A DNA stretch of 64,000 nucleotides from an uncultured Syntrophomonas sp. (GTDB lineage Bacteria > Bacillota > Syntrophomonadia > Syntrophomonadales > Syntrophomonadaceae), in assembly GCA_964531295.1 (NCBI GenBank), contig CAZHHJ010000001.1:1239-65238 (forward strand), in the 5' to 3' direction. The first letter of the stretch is position 1. Each line of letters begins with the position of its first letter. Positions 10,528-20,456 of the stretch are shown piece by piece. The position numbers were made by a program, and so were the translations under genes. The notes below the pieces were generated by a model. It was not told the origin of the DNA. It worked only from the letters and a program-made list of their open reading frames with translations, and did not search any database.

Positions 10528-11523
10528 TTATTCGCCTGTCTCGGAGGATAGAATGCTTATCTCGCCAGACATTATAGTCTGGATAGTTCCTTGTCGGTGG
10601 CGGAGCAACAGGAATCCGCTATCGTCAATATCGATCGCCTCTCCGACGATAAATCCATTTACAGTATCCAATCGCACCTCTCGCCCGATTACCATTGATA
10701 GGCTCCTGCCCTTTTCCAGGACATGGGTAAAATTTCCTGCCCGCAAGTCTTTATAATAGCTTTCCAGGTGCAATAATAGACCTTGAAGAACCCTGATCCT
10801 GGAATCGGGTCGGTGGTTTTCGGCTCGAGCAGAGGTGGCCGGGGTACGGAAATCGGCAGGAAAATCCAGGATCTGATTGTTAACATTTAGTCCGATACCT
10901 GCCACGATGTATTCAATTCCATCAATATCAGTAACTGCTTCCGAAAGTATTCCAGCTATTTTTTTGCCTTCAATCAATATATCGTTAGGCCACTTGATAC
11001 GGGGCTGCAGATGCAGTTCTGATTGCACGGTTTCTGCTACTGCTACTGCAGTGACCAGAGAAACCCGAGAAATCTCTTTCAGTGGCAGCAACGGCCGTAG
11101 AATTACTGAGACATATATGCCCTGACCAGCAGGCGAGTACCAACTTCGTCCCCGGCGCCCCCGGCCAGCACTCTGCATTTCAGCTACAACTATAGTTCCC
11201 TCCGGGTATCCTTCCGAGGCTAAAATCCGGGCGCGATTGTTGGTGGAATCAATCTCACGATAATAAAAGTACTCCCGCTGACCAAAGACTTCGGTTTTCA
11301 GTCCCGGACGCACTTCCTCAGGTGATAGGATGTCTGCGGGTAAACTAATCCGGTACCCCTTTCTAGGAGCAGATTCTATTTCATAGCCATCACTTAATAA
11401 TGTCTTTATTTGTTTCCAGACTGTCGTCCGAGATACTTTGAGATTTTCACTCAGCGCTTCACCTGAGACCCACTGGCCTTTTTTTTCTTTTAATGCTAGC
11501 AGAACCGACTCTCGTAAAGTCAT
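10528..11523 (-). CDS. birA: bifunctional biotin-[acetyl-CoA-carboxylase] ligase / biotin operon repressor
   Basis: N-terminal winged HTH, the biotin-binding loop GRGRRGRSW and a C-terminal SH3-like domain. Confidence 0.95.
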   Translation of the reverse strand: MTLRESVLLALKEKKGQWVSGEALSENLKVSRTTVWKQIKTLLSDGYEIESAPRKGYRISLPADILSPEEVRPGLKTEVFGQREYFYYREIDSTNNRARILASEGYPEGTIVVAEMQSAGRGRRGRSWYSPAGQGIYVSVILRPLLPLKEISRVSLVTAVAVAETVQSELHLQPRIKWPNDILIEGKKIAGILSEAVTDIDGIEYIVAGIGLNVNNQILDFPADFRTPATSARAENHRPDSRIRVLQGLLLHLESYYKDLRAGNFTHVLEKGRSLSMVIGREVRLDTVNGFIVGEAIDIDDSGFLLLRHRQGTIQTIMSGEISILSSETGE

Positions 11524-11553
11524 CCCTTACACTCCTTTAATAGCTGCTAATAA

Positions 11554-11952
11554 CTAACGGGCAAGTTCACTTATCATAAAAGTACCCATACCAAAGGCTA
11601 CCAGGTTCCCTTCGTCATCCTTAATTTCACCTTGCCCGACCATAATCCTCCTGCCTTTTTGGATAACTCTCCCTTCACCCCGAAGTATCCCTTGGTTTAC
11701 TGAACGCAAATAATTCAATTTGATTTCCACGGTCAAAGCTCCCTCCTCAGGGCTTAGTTCCTGATTTATTGCTGCAGAAATGCAGGAGTCCATTAGGCCA
11801 GCAATAGCACCTCCATGGACATTGCCATAGAATTGTTTTAAACCATCAGTGATTTTCATTAGCACTTGGATTTTTCCATCCGCCATGGGTTCACTTGTCA
11901 TATTCATATGTTTCCAGTAGTTACCTGTTTCCAAATCGGCGATGCGTACCAC
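11554..11952 (-). CDS. PaaI-family hotdog-fold thioesterase
   Basis: 132 aa with a NVHGGAIAGLMD motif typical of PaaI/4HBT class thioesterases. Confidence 0.78.
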   Translation of the reverse strand: MVRIADLETGNYWKHMNMTSEPMADGKIQVLMKITDGLKQFYGNVHGGAIAGLMDSCISAAINQELSPEEGALTVEIKLNYLRSVNQGILRGEGRVIQKGRRIMVGQGEIKDDEGNLVAFGMGTFMISELAR

Positions 11953-12044
11953 TATTCATCAACTCCATAATTTCTTTTTAGGGAATATATAATATAGTAT
12001 ACCGCAACACTTTTAAATAGAGGAATGATGGCCTATGATCTTGC

Positions 12045-12082
12045 TTGACAAGAAGCCTCTGGCGTACTAATATCATTAATAC
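12045..12082 (+). promoter_or_regulatory. putative promoter of the GntR gene with an overlapping inverted repeat (possible auto-operator)
   Basis: TTGACA (12045-12050), a 17-nt spacer and TAATAT (12068-12073). The inverted repeat GTACTAAT-ATC-ATTAATAC (12064-12082, one mismatch) overlaps the -10. Confidence 0.45.
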
Positions 12083-12099
12083 AATTAAGACATCGCAAG

Positions 12100-12504
12100 G
12101 TGGTGTATCATTTGCTATGGTTTAAAATAGACTATCATTCCGGCCAAGCTGTTTACCAACAGATTTTGAATAATTTTAAGAGTGAAATTATCAGCGGAAA
12201 TCTTAAAGCCAACAACCCGGTTCCATCTATTCGAGAATTAGCCCGTATGCTGAATGTTAATCCTAATACCGTAGCCCGCGCATACCGGGAATTGGAAAAT
12301 GAGGGGTTAATTTATTCACGGACTGGAATAGGAAGTTTTATTGCTGCTGAGGACCAGCATACTCGGGAAGAAAAGGCCCTGCAGGCTGTATATCCAGATT
12401 TAAAGAAGGTAATCCAATTATCTCGAAGCTTTAAGCTTCCTAGAACTATGCTGGCAACTTTGTTTGCTGATACCGTGGAAGAAATATATGGAGGTGACAA
12501 ATAA
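12100..12504 (+). CDS. GntR-family transcriptional regulator, YtrA-like short subfamily
   Basis: The winged HTH PVPSIRELARMLNVNPNTVARAYRELENEGLIYSRTGIGSFI is followed by a short C-terminal region. The true start is possibly the TTG at 12112. Confidence 0.88.
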   Translation: MVYHLLWFKIDYHSGQAVYQQILNNFKSEIISGNLKANNPVPSIRELARMLNVNPNTVARAYRELENEGLIYSRTGIGSFIAAEDQHTREEKALQAVYPDLKKVIQLSRSFKLPRTMLATLFADTVEEIYGGDK

Positions 12505-12818
12505 TGACTGCCTTTAGCATGGATAATTTGGTCAAGGACTACCCCCAAAGCAAATTTAAGCTTAATGTTAAGCAGTTTTCCGGAGAGGAAGGCAGTATTA
12601 TGGGCCCGCTGGGTAGCAATGGGGCCGGGAAAACTTCCCTGTTAAATCTGTTGTTAAATATAACTTTTCCTGATGCCGGGACTGTCACTTGGTCCAAGAA
12701 TAGCATTCCGACTCCAGACTTTATCGTCCGTAATGTCAGTTACATGCCAGAATATAAAAACTTATATCATAAAATGAGCTGCGGCAGTATCTTGAAGTTC
12801 TGTTCCAGGGCTATTTAA
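12504..12818 (+). pseudogene. truncated ABC transporter ATPase (N-terminal ~100 aa only)
   Basis: Walker A GSNGAGKTS and the following Q-loop region (SYMPEYKNLYHKM) are present. The ORF stops before any ABC signature or Walker B, and no permease gene follows. Its start overlaps the GntR stop (TAATG). Confidence 0.7.
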
Positions 12819-12833
12819 TTGATCAACATTGTT

Positions 12834-12890
12834 ACGGGCTGTATATTTCACTCGGTTTCAATAATCATGCCAGGTGAAATTACAGCCCGT
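12834..12890. repeat. long inverted repeat / hairpin (17 bp stem with one bulge, 22-nt loop)
   Basis: ACGGGCTGTATATTTCAC ... GTGAAATTACAGCCCGT, read directly. It lies between the convergent truncated ABC gene and the yhaM-like gene. A second perfect palindrome GGCAAATATTTGCC sits at 12903-12916. Confidence 0.75.
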
Positions 12891-12933
12891 TAATTACAAT
12901 TGGGCAAATATTTGCCAGTTTATCAATGAAAAC

Positions 12934-13929
12934 TTACTCTTCTTCATTATGTAGATAACGAGATGTGTAAAACTGTTGCTGATGAAAGGTATCGTAAGGG
13001 GTAAAAGGGTTTTCACCCGCTTCATGCTCTACGATTTTATTGAAATACACATACAGTTTGGCATCCAGATCATCCATAACATGAAGCAGCAAGGCTTCAG
13101 GAGATAAGGGGAGAACCGGCGAACCAAATTCCAGCCTGCCGTGGTGTCCTAATATCATGTTTTTTAGCAACTTTTCCAGCAGGGGCGGGAAATCAACGCC
13201 CTCTTCTCTCATGGCATCTATTTCCCGGGATATAAATTCATAACCCAAGACGATATGTCCCACCAGCTTACCAATTTCAGTATAATCTGGCAGTACCTCG
13301 ATCTGGAATTCTTTGATCTTTCCAATGTCATGTAATATGGCCCCGGTGATCATAAGATCCCGGTTAATATTGGGATATATGCTAGCGACTTTATCACACA
13401 ACTCACTCACTATAAGGGTATGTTCGATTAAGCCCCCACTATAATTGTGGTGAATGACCTTAGCAGCTGGAGCAGTCACAAATTCCTGCCAGATGGAAGG
13501 GGTAAATATTCTATAGAGCAAATTCTTCATGTGCGGATCATTTATGCTGTCCATCTTGGCTTGCAGTTCCTGTTTAAGCTCTTTTATCTCCCGGTCTGGA
13601 CTTTTCATATAGGATTGCGGTTCCTCATCCAAGACTTTTATTCTCTTGGCCGTAATCTGCTGTTGCTGGTTGAAAACCCCTATATCACCTAACATGCCAA
13701 TTACGGCTCCAGTTTCCAATATGCCTGACAGCTGACAGCTATCCCATACTACTGCTTTTATTTCTCCGCTTCTATCGCTCATCTGAAGGTTAGTGATGTT
13801 TTTCCCTTCCCGGGTCTTCCGGGTGCTCTTATCCTGCACCAGAAACTTGCCCCAAAACTGGGTTCCGGCCGGAAGATTCTTCAGTTCCTTAACTGTGAAT
13901 GGTCCTTTATTGTTCACTGCTCCCCTCAC
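12934..13929 (-). CDS. OB-fold + HD-domain protein, YhaM-like 3'-5' exoribonuclease family
   Basis: N-terminal OB fold (GKNITNLQMSDRSGEIKAVVWD) and HD motifs (LIEHTL, AILHDIGK, LGHHG). Its GTG start overlaps the stop of the upstream radical SAM gene (GTGA). Confidence 0.82.
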   Translation of the reverse strand: MRGAVNNKGPFTVKELKNLPAGTQFWGKFLVQDKSTRKTREGKNITNLQMSDRSGEIKAVVWDSCQLSGILETGAVIGMLGDIGVFNQQQQITAKRIKVLDEEPQSYMKSPDREIKELKQELQAKMDSINDPHMKNLLYRIFTPSIWQEFVTAPAAKVIHHNYSGGLIEHTLIVSELCDKVASIYPNINRDLMITGAILHDIGKIKEFQIEVLPDYTEIGKLVGHIVLGYEFISREIDAMREEGVDFPPLLEKLLKNMILGHHGRLEFGSPVLPLSPEALLLHVMDDLDAKLYVYFNKIVEHEAGENPFTPYDTFHQQQFYTSRYLHNEEE

Positions 13930-15233
13930 TCCTTAAAAATCTTATCGATCAAGCCTTTATTAGGCCTGATTATGGGATGGGAATAAGATCCCAGTTTCAC
14001 CTGGGGTGCCTCTTCTTTTAGTATCCTTATAAAATTCCCCATCCCTATTCCCGGATTCTCACCGCCTATATTTTTCATTAAAAATTCGGTATCGATATTT
14101 AAATTCCGTAATTGTATCATGTCTACCGGGTTCTCCTGTACAAATCTCAGCAGGGCTTCTATTTCCTCCACTCGATCAGAAATACCGGGAAAAACTAGCA
14201 GGTTTAACGATACCTGCAGTCCTTTATCCTGAGCATATTTTATGGAATATACGACATCCGATAAAGAGTAGTCTTTAGGGTGGTGATAGCGCAGGTAATT
14301 CTCTTCCCGGCAGGAAAATATAGTTACCCGCATGGCATCCAGACCGGCATCACACATCTGTATTATTCCCCGGGAAAAACCAGCATTGGTATTCATATTA
14401 ATAGTACCCTGGGTGGTCTCCCCCCTTATCATTTTTATCGACTGAGCCAGTTTAACTGCATTGAGGCTTGGTTCTCCTTCACAACCCTGTCCAAAACTTA
14501 TAATGGCATCCCGAGCATTTTTTAAATGTTCTATACCTATCTGAACAATTTCATCAACCCGTGGCACGAATGTCAACCTGTTCTGGGGAGAATCAAACGG
14601 TCCATGATTTTCAGATATGCATCCTAGACAGTCCGCATTGCAGGAAATCATAGTGGGTATCCCGCCTTCCCAGCGCTGGTAAAATATATTCTGAGCCGTA
14701 TAACATCCATATTCCAGAGCACAGCGGGATAACTGGCCCAATATTCGATTCTCTGGATATTTCCCGGTCAGGCTTTTAATTTTAGGCATTAAACTGCTGG
14801 TATTATAGTTTTTGGGGTGCCACTTCCTATGTTCATCTGATTTTATTGCCGCGACATATACTTTTTCATCATGAAATCCCAGGGCCGCATATCCATATAC
14901 CGGCAGATTTTTACTACCCTCCTGTTTTACCCCCGCAGGCAGCAGGGTGCGGGTAAAACCTTGCGGCAATAAAGCCGCTACTGCATTTATCCCCCGGGTG
15001 GGCTGACCCGGTATCTGCTCGATTAGAAATATGTCTCCTTTTTCATCTAGGCCTACTGGCAAATAGCCTGGTAAGGACACCAAGGAAGCTCCCGCAGGGA
15101 GAGGAATCATTTCCTGCTTTTCTGGCTCTAGCCATTGCGAACCACTGCGCCCCAGCATAGCCACTGTTGGACAATCCATTAGTCTTCCTTCGTCATCTGC
15201 ATATAAGGCAAAAAACATATTGTGTACCCCCAT
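13926..15233 (-). CDS. radical SAM protein of unknown function with a ~190-aa N-terminal extension
   Basis: CX3CX2C cluster motif CNADCLGC and a GGEP-like motif GQGCEGEPSL. The alternative start is the ATG at 15218 (MFFALYADD...). Confidence 0.82.
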   Translation of the reverse strand: MGVHNMFFALYADDEGRLMDCPTVAMLGRSGSQWLEPEKQEMIPLPAGASLVSLPGYLPVGLDEKGDIFLIEQIPGQPTRGINAVAALLPQGFTRTLLPAGVKQEGSKNLPVYGYAALGFHDEKVYVAAIKSDEHRKWHPKNYNTSSLMPKIKSLTGKYPENRILGQLSRCALEYGCYTAQNIFYQRWEGGIPTMISCNADCLGCISENHGPFDSPQNRLTFVPRVDEIVQIGIEHLKNARDAIISFGQGCEGEPSLNAVKLAQSIKMIRGETTQGTINMNTNAGFSRGIIQMCDAGLDAMRVTIFSCREENYLRYHHPKDYSLSDVVYSIKYAQDKGLQVSLNLLVFPGISDRVEEIEALLRFVQENPVDMIQLRNLNIDTEFLMKNIGGENPGIGMGNFIRILKEEAPQVKLGSYSHPIIRPNKGLIDKIFKE

Positions 15234-15333
15234 CGATTATAAAATAAAAGCTCGGTCATGGCGGCTCGTTTATTTTATAAGCTAGCCAGTTAGAGGCTGG
15301 CACCTTCTCCTATAGACTATATTAAGACGGGGC

Positions 15334-15360
15334 ATAAAAAAAGCCCCTTTTCAGGGGCCT
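15334..15360 (-). terminator. intrinsic terminator after the LysM-M23 peptidase gene
   Basis: The minus strand reads GGCCCCTGAAAAGGGGCTTTTTTT. Confidence 0.8.
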
Positions 15361-15366
15361 TAGCAA

Positions 15367-16227
15367 TTAATACCGGAGATACTTCAGAGGATTGTCTGCT
15401 TCGCCGCCAATTTTAACTTCAAAATGTACGTGCGGCCCAGTAGTCCTGCCTGTCATACCTATAGTAGCTATTGTCTGACCCTTAACAACATAATCACCAT
15501 TGTCAACCATGATCTTTTGACAATGAGCATAAACGCTTTCTCTCCCATCCGGATGTTCGATCACTACCATTTTGCCATAAACTGCCCGGGTGCCGGCAAA
15601 TGAAACTTTACCCGCCGCCGCCGCTTTTATGGGATCGCCTATATCCCCGGAGATATCAACTCCATGATGAAATCCTGATGCACGCCAGCCGTAAGCAGAA
15701 GTGATGCTCCCGGTTACTGGCCAAGCCATCATCAGAGAACTGGACCCAATATAACTACGAGATGGCTGTAACGCGGCCACACTCACACTGGCGCTATCAG
15801 GAACAGCTACCTTTTCCCCTATCTTCAGGCTTTTAGGGTTGATTCCCGGGTTAATCCTGGACAGTTCATTGAGTGAAATATCATATTTGTAGGCAATGTC
15901 CCAAAGCGTATCTCCCGCAGATATTATGTGCACCCTAGACCTATTGTACGGTATTTCCAGGATTTCTCCAACTGTTAATATACAATTTTTATCCAGATTG
16001 TTGATCATCCTCAAGGTGTCCAGATCAACCTTAAACTTTCGGGATATGTCCCACAGGGTGTCCCCTTTATTAACGCTGTAATCCTTCATCTTGCTGTCAC
16101 TAGGCACACTCTGCACTCTGACACAAGGGATGAAATTACCCTGATTTAAGGCGGCCATAGCCGGGCCAACACAGCTCGCCAATAAGAAGGCACATACCAG
16201 TAGTGAACTTATCCACCTTTTATTCAC
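15367..16227 (-). CDS. secreted LysM(x2)-M23 peptidoglycan metalloendopeptidase
   Basis: Signal peptide, two LysM repeats (GDTLWDIS..., GDTLWDIAYKY...), and the M23 motifs HHGVD and GPHVHFEV. GTG start. Confidence 0.9.
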   Translation of the reverse strand: MNKRWISSLLVCAFLLASCVGPAMAALNQGNFIPCVRVQSVPSDSKMKDYSVNKGDTLWDISRKFKVDLDTLRMINNLDKNCILTVGEILEIPYNRSRVHIISAGDTLWDIAYKYDISLNELSRINPGINPKSLKIGEKVAVPDSASVSVAALQPSRSYIGSSSLMMAWPVTGSITSAYGWRASGFHHGVDISGDIGDPIKAAAAGKVSFAGTRAVYGKMVVIEHPDGRESVYAHCQKIMVDNGDYVVKGQTIATIGMTGRTTGPHVHFEVKIGGEADNPLKYLRY

Positions 16228-16318
16228 TTGTTTTCACCTCGCATTCTGCAGGCACAAAAAAAGGGCCTACTGACCCTAATTTTTCACATAAATGGAGGTG
16301 TTTATACATCTCATAAAT

Positions 16319-17596
16319 TTAATACGCTTTATGGGCATAATCTTTCTTGCCAAACACCAGGGGTGCTGCTCGAATCAAGTCTTTATTGGAATTGGTTTTT
16401 CTAACCGTATCGAGTATTATCTGCATGGTCTCAACTTGATTATAATCATTGCCCATGTTTCTAAGGTTCCAGGTTAACTCCATTTCTTCCGGTGTAAAGA
16501 GAAGTTCTTCTTTTCTGGTTCCGGAACGCTTCAAGTCAATGGCTGGGAATATTCTACGTTCAGCCAGTTTCCTATCCAGGTACAGGTCCATATTGCCCCG
16601 GCCTTTAAATTCTTCAAATATTACATCATCCATTCGGGACCCGGTCTCAACCAGCGCGGTCGCAATAATAGTCAGGCTCCCCCCTTCTTCAATATTCCTG
16701 GCCGCGCCAAAAAAGCGTTTCGGCTTATCCAGTGATGCTGGATCGATACCGCCTGATAAGGTTCGCCCGCTAGGGGGCACCACTAAATTGTGGGCGCGAG
16801 CCAAGCGCGTTACGCTATCCATTAGAATAACCACGTCTTTTTTATGTTCCACCAGTCTTTTGGCCCTTTCCAGAACCATTTCCGTCACTTTGACATGATT
16901 TTCCGGGGGTTCGTCAAAGGTCGATGCCACTACCTCGGCTTTGGTGGATCGCTGCATATCAGTAACCTCTTCTGGTCTCTCATCAACCAGCAGTATAAAT
17001 AAATCTATATCGGGATGATTAACGCTGATACCCTGTGCTATCTTCTGCAGCAGCATAGTCTTGCCTGCTTTAGGAGGCGCTACAATCAACCCCCTCTGCC
17101 CTTTCCCTATGGGGGATATCAGATCTATAACTCGGGTGGATATTTCTTTGCTATCAGTTTCAAGAATTATCCTTTCGGTGGGATACAGGGGTGTCAGAGC
17201 ATCGAAATGTACTCTTTTGATAGAATCCTCGGGCGGAAATCCATTGACTTCCTCCACCCGCAGGAGGGCAAAAAACTTCTCATTATCTTTGGGCGGCCTT
17301 ACCTGTCCGCCAACTTTATCCCCGGTTTTAAGCTCAAATTTCCTGATCTGAGATGGAGAAACATATATGTCCTCATGACTGGGAAGATATCCAAAGGGTC
17401 TTAAGAAACCGTACCCATCCTGCATGATTTCCAGTACCCCCTGGGCCTGCAGCAATTGGTCGGAATGAGTTAATGCCTTGGTGATCTCAAATATTAATTC
17501 CTTCTTTCTCAGTTTTGAATAGCCAGTGAGATTCTTGTCTCTTGCTATTTGATACAATTCAAGAATAGTTTTGTGTTCCAATTCGGATATATTCAT
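16319..17596 (-). CDS. rho: transcription termination factor Rho
   Basis: N-terminal RNA-binding domain, Walker A APPKAGKT and full-length RecA-type ATPase domain. A long AT-rich leader spans 17597-17871. Confidence 0.97.
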   Translation of the reverse strand: MNISELEHKTILELYQIARDKNLTGYSKLRKKELIFEITKALTHSDQLLQAQGVLEIMQDGYGFLRPFGYLPSHEDIYVSPSQIRKFELKTGDKVGGQVRPPKDNEKFFALLRVEEVNGFPPEDSIKRVHFDALTPLYPTERIILETDSKEISTRVIDLISPIGKGQRGLIVAPPKAGKTMLLQKIAQGISVNHPDIDLFILLVDERPEEVTDMQRSTKAEVVASTFDEPPENHVKVTEMVLERAKRLVEHKKDVVILMDSVTRLARAHNLVVPPSGRTLSGGIDPASLDKPKRFFGAARNIEEGGSLTIIATALVETGSRMDDVIFEEFKGRGNMDLYLDRKLAERRIFPAIDLKRSGTRKEELLFTPEEMELTWNLRNMGNDYNQVETMQIILDTVRKTNSNKDLIRAAPLVFGKKDYAHKAY

Positions 17597-17871
17597 TTTA
17601 TCCTCCTTCCACGCTAATCACTGGCTATTGAACTGCTCATCTCTGCCATAATTTTGAGCATTAACGCACCATTTGTTTAGCGCTAACATACCCTTTTATA
17701 TCTCTGATACAATATCGGTATAAATTTGTTTGAATTTCAGTTGAATTTTCCCAAGATATGAATTTTAATGATACATCAGCAACAGGTTCACTGATATGAA
17801 CAGCTATGTGTTGAGTGTTCAATATAAAGTATACCATTATTTCAGGAAATTAATCCATTTTTAATTGATAT

Positions 17872-18873
17872 TCAATCTAACCTTAACTTTATTCGGTTAT
17901 CCTTGAAAAGCGGTTTCTTATCCAAATGGTGATCAGCAGTAATATGCCTTATGGTACCTGAGGCACTTCGCATTACCAGGGTTTCAGTTACTGCCCGGCG
18001 TTTGTGATATCTGACTCCTTTAAGCAAAAAGGAATCAGTTATACCGGTAGCAACAAATATGACATCATCTGATGTGATCAGTTCATCAATAGAAAAGAGT
18101 CTATCTACATCTTCTATGCCCATCTGGTGGCAGCGGCGTATCTCCTCTGCTGCTTCTTTTCCCTCCGGGTAAAGACGCGCTTGGAAATCTCCCTCCAAAC
18201 ATTTTAAGGCAGCAGCAGTTATCACCCCTTCGGGGGCCCCGCCTATTCCCATTAATATATCTACCCCGGAATCCTCATAAGCCGCTGCTACCCCTGGGGA
18301 TACATCCCCGTCCATTATCAACTTGATTCTAGCCCCAGCTCTCCTGACTTCTTCCATAATACCTTCATGCCGGGGCCGATCGAGGATAACCACGGTTACT
18401 TCGCTGATTAATTTATGCAAAGCTTTGGCTGTCTGCTGTAAATTTTCTTTAACCGTAGCATCCAGAAAGACTCGCCCTTTGCACTCCGGTCCTACTGCAA
18501 TTTTATTCATATACATATCGGGAGCATGTAATACCGTGCCTTTTGGTGCTGCTGCTAGCACCGCTATAGCTCCGGTACCACCTTTAGCTACGATATTGGT
18601 GCCTTCCAATGGATCTACCGCAATATCAACTTCAGGAGGTACTCCTATACCCACTCTTTCCCCGATAAACAGCATGGGGGCTTCATCCATTTCTCCTTCG
18701 CCTATAACCACTACCCCATCAATCGAGACCGTATCAAACATCACCCTCATGGCTGTTACTGCTGCATCATCAGCAGCTTCTTTGTCTCCCTTGCCAACCC
18801 AACGGGCAGCAGCCAGAGCAGCTGCTTCAGTTACTCTCGCAAACTCAAGCGCTAATTCTCTTTCCAAAACCAA
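17872..18873 (-). CDS. glpX: class II fructose-1,6-bisphosphatase
   Basis: GlpX-type motifs (VDPLEGTN, GIGGAPEGV). Synteny with rho as in B. subtilis. Confidence 0.95.
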   Translation of the reverse strand: MVLERELALEFARVTEAAALAAARWVGKGDKEAADDAAVTAMRVMFDTVSIDGVVVIGEGEMDEAPMLFIGERVGIGVPPEVDIAVDPLEGTNIVAKGGTGAIAVLAAAPKGTVLHAPDMYMNKIAVGPECKGRVFLDATVKENLQQTAKALHKLISEVTVVILDRPRHEGIMEEVRRAGARIKLIMDGDVSPGVAAAYEDSGVDILMGIGGAPEGVITAAALKCLEGDFQARLYPEGKEAAEEIRRCHQMGIEDVDRLFSIDELITSDDVIFVATGITDSFLLKGVRYHKRRAVTETLVMRSASGTIRHITADHHLDKKPLFKDNRIKLRLD

Positions 18874-18888
18874 CCCCCCCGTTCTAAA

Positions 18889-19536
18889 TTAAAAGACCTG
18901 GTTCCAATCATTAATAAACTTTTCAATACCTGCATCGGTTAACGGATGTCTTATCATCTGTTTAATAACACCGTATGGAATAGTTGCAATATGTGAACCT
19001 CGTTTAGCACAATCAAGCACATGCATAGGGTGTCTTATACTGGCAGATATTACTTCCGTGGCAAAGGAATACTGATCAAACACGGTAATAATATCTTCTA
19101 AAAGCACTATGCCGTTATTACTGATATCATCAACTCTTCCTAAAAAAGGGCTGACGAATCGGGCTCCAGCCCGGGCTGCCAACAAGGCCTGATTGGCTGA
19201 AAAAACCAGGGTAGCGTTAGTAGCGATGTCCATCTGTTTAAATGAATGAATAGCCCTCAATCCCGTTTCCGAAATGGGCACCTTTATGACCACATTGGGG
19301 TGGAGTGCTGCCAGTTCCCGTCCCTCATTAATCATGGCATCGTAATCCATACTAATAACCTCAGCACTTATAGGCCCATCAACGATAGCACATATTTCCT
19401 TTAGCACTTCATGGTAGTCTCTTCCTTCTCTGGCAATCAAAGTCGGGTTGGTGGTTACTCCATTCAGAAATCCCATCGCATGGATTTCTTTTATTTCTTC
19501 AATATTGGCGGTATCAATAAATATTCGCAAAATCAT
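18889..19536 (-). CDS. tal: short-form transaldolase / fructose-6-phosphate aldolase family
   Basis: 215 aa with [20 protein letters not shown] and the VIKVP Schiff-base lysine region. Collinear with B. subtilis YwjH. Confidence 0.92.
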   Translation of the reverse strand: MILRIFIDTANIEEIKEIHAMGFLNGVTTNPTLIAREGRDYHEVLKEICAIVDGPISAEVISMDYDAMINEGRELAALHPNVVIKVPISETGLRAIHSFKQMDIATNATLVFSANQALLAARAGARFVSPFLGRVDDISNNGIVLLEDIITVFDQYSFATEVISASIRHPMHVLDCAKRGSHIATIPYGVIKQMIRHPLTDAGIEKFINDWNQVF

Positions 19537-19569
19537 CCCCCTTTCTAATTCTGTTTGGTGGCCTATAAA

Positions 19570-20436
19570 TTACCAGGCCCTTCCTGCACTTCCGAAAACC
19601 CTGATTTTTTGGCGAATAATTTCTATGGCAGCGTCCCGGGCTGGACCCAGTATCTGGCGGGGATCAAATTCATCCGGCTTTTCCTCCATCACCCGACGCA
19701 TAGCTCCCACAAAAACTTCCCTTATATTAGTATCGATATTCACCTTGCACACACCCAATTTAATAGCCTTTTGCACCGCTTCATCCGGTACCCCGGATGA
19801 TCCGTGCATCACAATGGGAATCCTTATCAGGCTCTTTATTTGGGCCAGACGATCGAAATCTAACTTCGGTTCTCCCTTGTATTGCCCATGGGCAGTTCCA
19901 ATGGCGATAGCCAGGCTCTTAATTCCAGTCTGTTCTACAAAATATCTGGCTTCATCCGGGTCAGTATACATAGCTTCTTTTTCGCTGACATGAACATCAT
20001 CCTCAGTACCGCCTATTTTCCCCAGCTCAGCTTCAACTGAAACCCCTATGGGATTAGCAATCTCCAACACTTTCTTGGTCATGGCAATATTTTGCTCCAA
20101 AGGCAGCTTGGAGCCATCATACATTATCGAAGAAAAACCACTGCGTATACATCTTATTACCTGGTCAAAATCGGTCCCATGGTCCAAATGCAGTGCTATG
20201 GGGACTTTACTGGATCTGGTCGCCATCTTAACCAAGCCGGTCAGAAAATCCAGTCCAGCATATTTAATTGCTCCCTGACTGGCCTGCATAATAACCGGAG
20301 CATTCTCCTTTTCCGCAGCCATCATGATAGCCTGCACAATTTCCATATTATTGGCATTAAAGGCTCCGACCGCATAACCTTCTTGTTCCGCTCTGAGCAG
20401 TAGCTCATCTACAGATACGAGTCCCATAAAAATCAC
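19570..20436 (-). CDS. fba: class II fructose-bisphosphate aldolase
   Basis: LHLDHG and VMHGSSG metal-ligand motifs. 288 aa. Confidence 0.95.
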   Translation of the reverse strand: MIFMGLVSVDELLLRAEQEGYAVGAFNANNMEIVQAIMMAAEKENAPVIMQASQGAIKYAGLDFLTGLVKMATRSSKVPIALHLDHGTDFDQVIRCIRSGFSSIMYDGSKLPLEQNIAMTKKVLEIANPIGVSVEAELGKIGGTEDDVHVSEKEAMYTDPDEARYFVEQTGIKSLAIAIGTAHGQYKGEPKLDFDRLAQIKSLIRIPIVMHGSSGVPDEAVQKAIKLGVCKVNIDTNIREVFVGAMRRVMEEKPDEFDPRQILGPARDAAIEIIRQKIRVFGSAGRAW

Positions 20437-20456
20437 CTCTTATTTATTTAATATAT

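Noticed and set aside
15234-15366. A 25-codon ORF (MTELLFYNRWGYTICFLPYMQMTKED) upstream of and overlapping the radical SAM gene, considered as a possible RiPP substrate.
   Set aside because: It has no RBS, overlaps the radical SAM start out of frame, and has no Cys/Ser/Thr-rich core. It is most likely fortuitous.
18323-18892. Long plus-strand ORFs antisense to well-supported minus-strand genes. Examples: 189 aa opposite glpX; 8909-9394 opposite bioM; 16449-16898 opposite rho; 19448-19993 opposite fba; 30240-30878 opposite the M1 peptidase; 59947-60477 opposite trxB.
   Set aside because: Each lies entirely within a gene with strong motif support on the other strand. They have low-complexity Ser/Pro/Thr-rich translations, no RBS and no recognisable domains. 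They are typical shadow ORFs.
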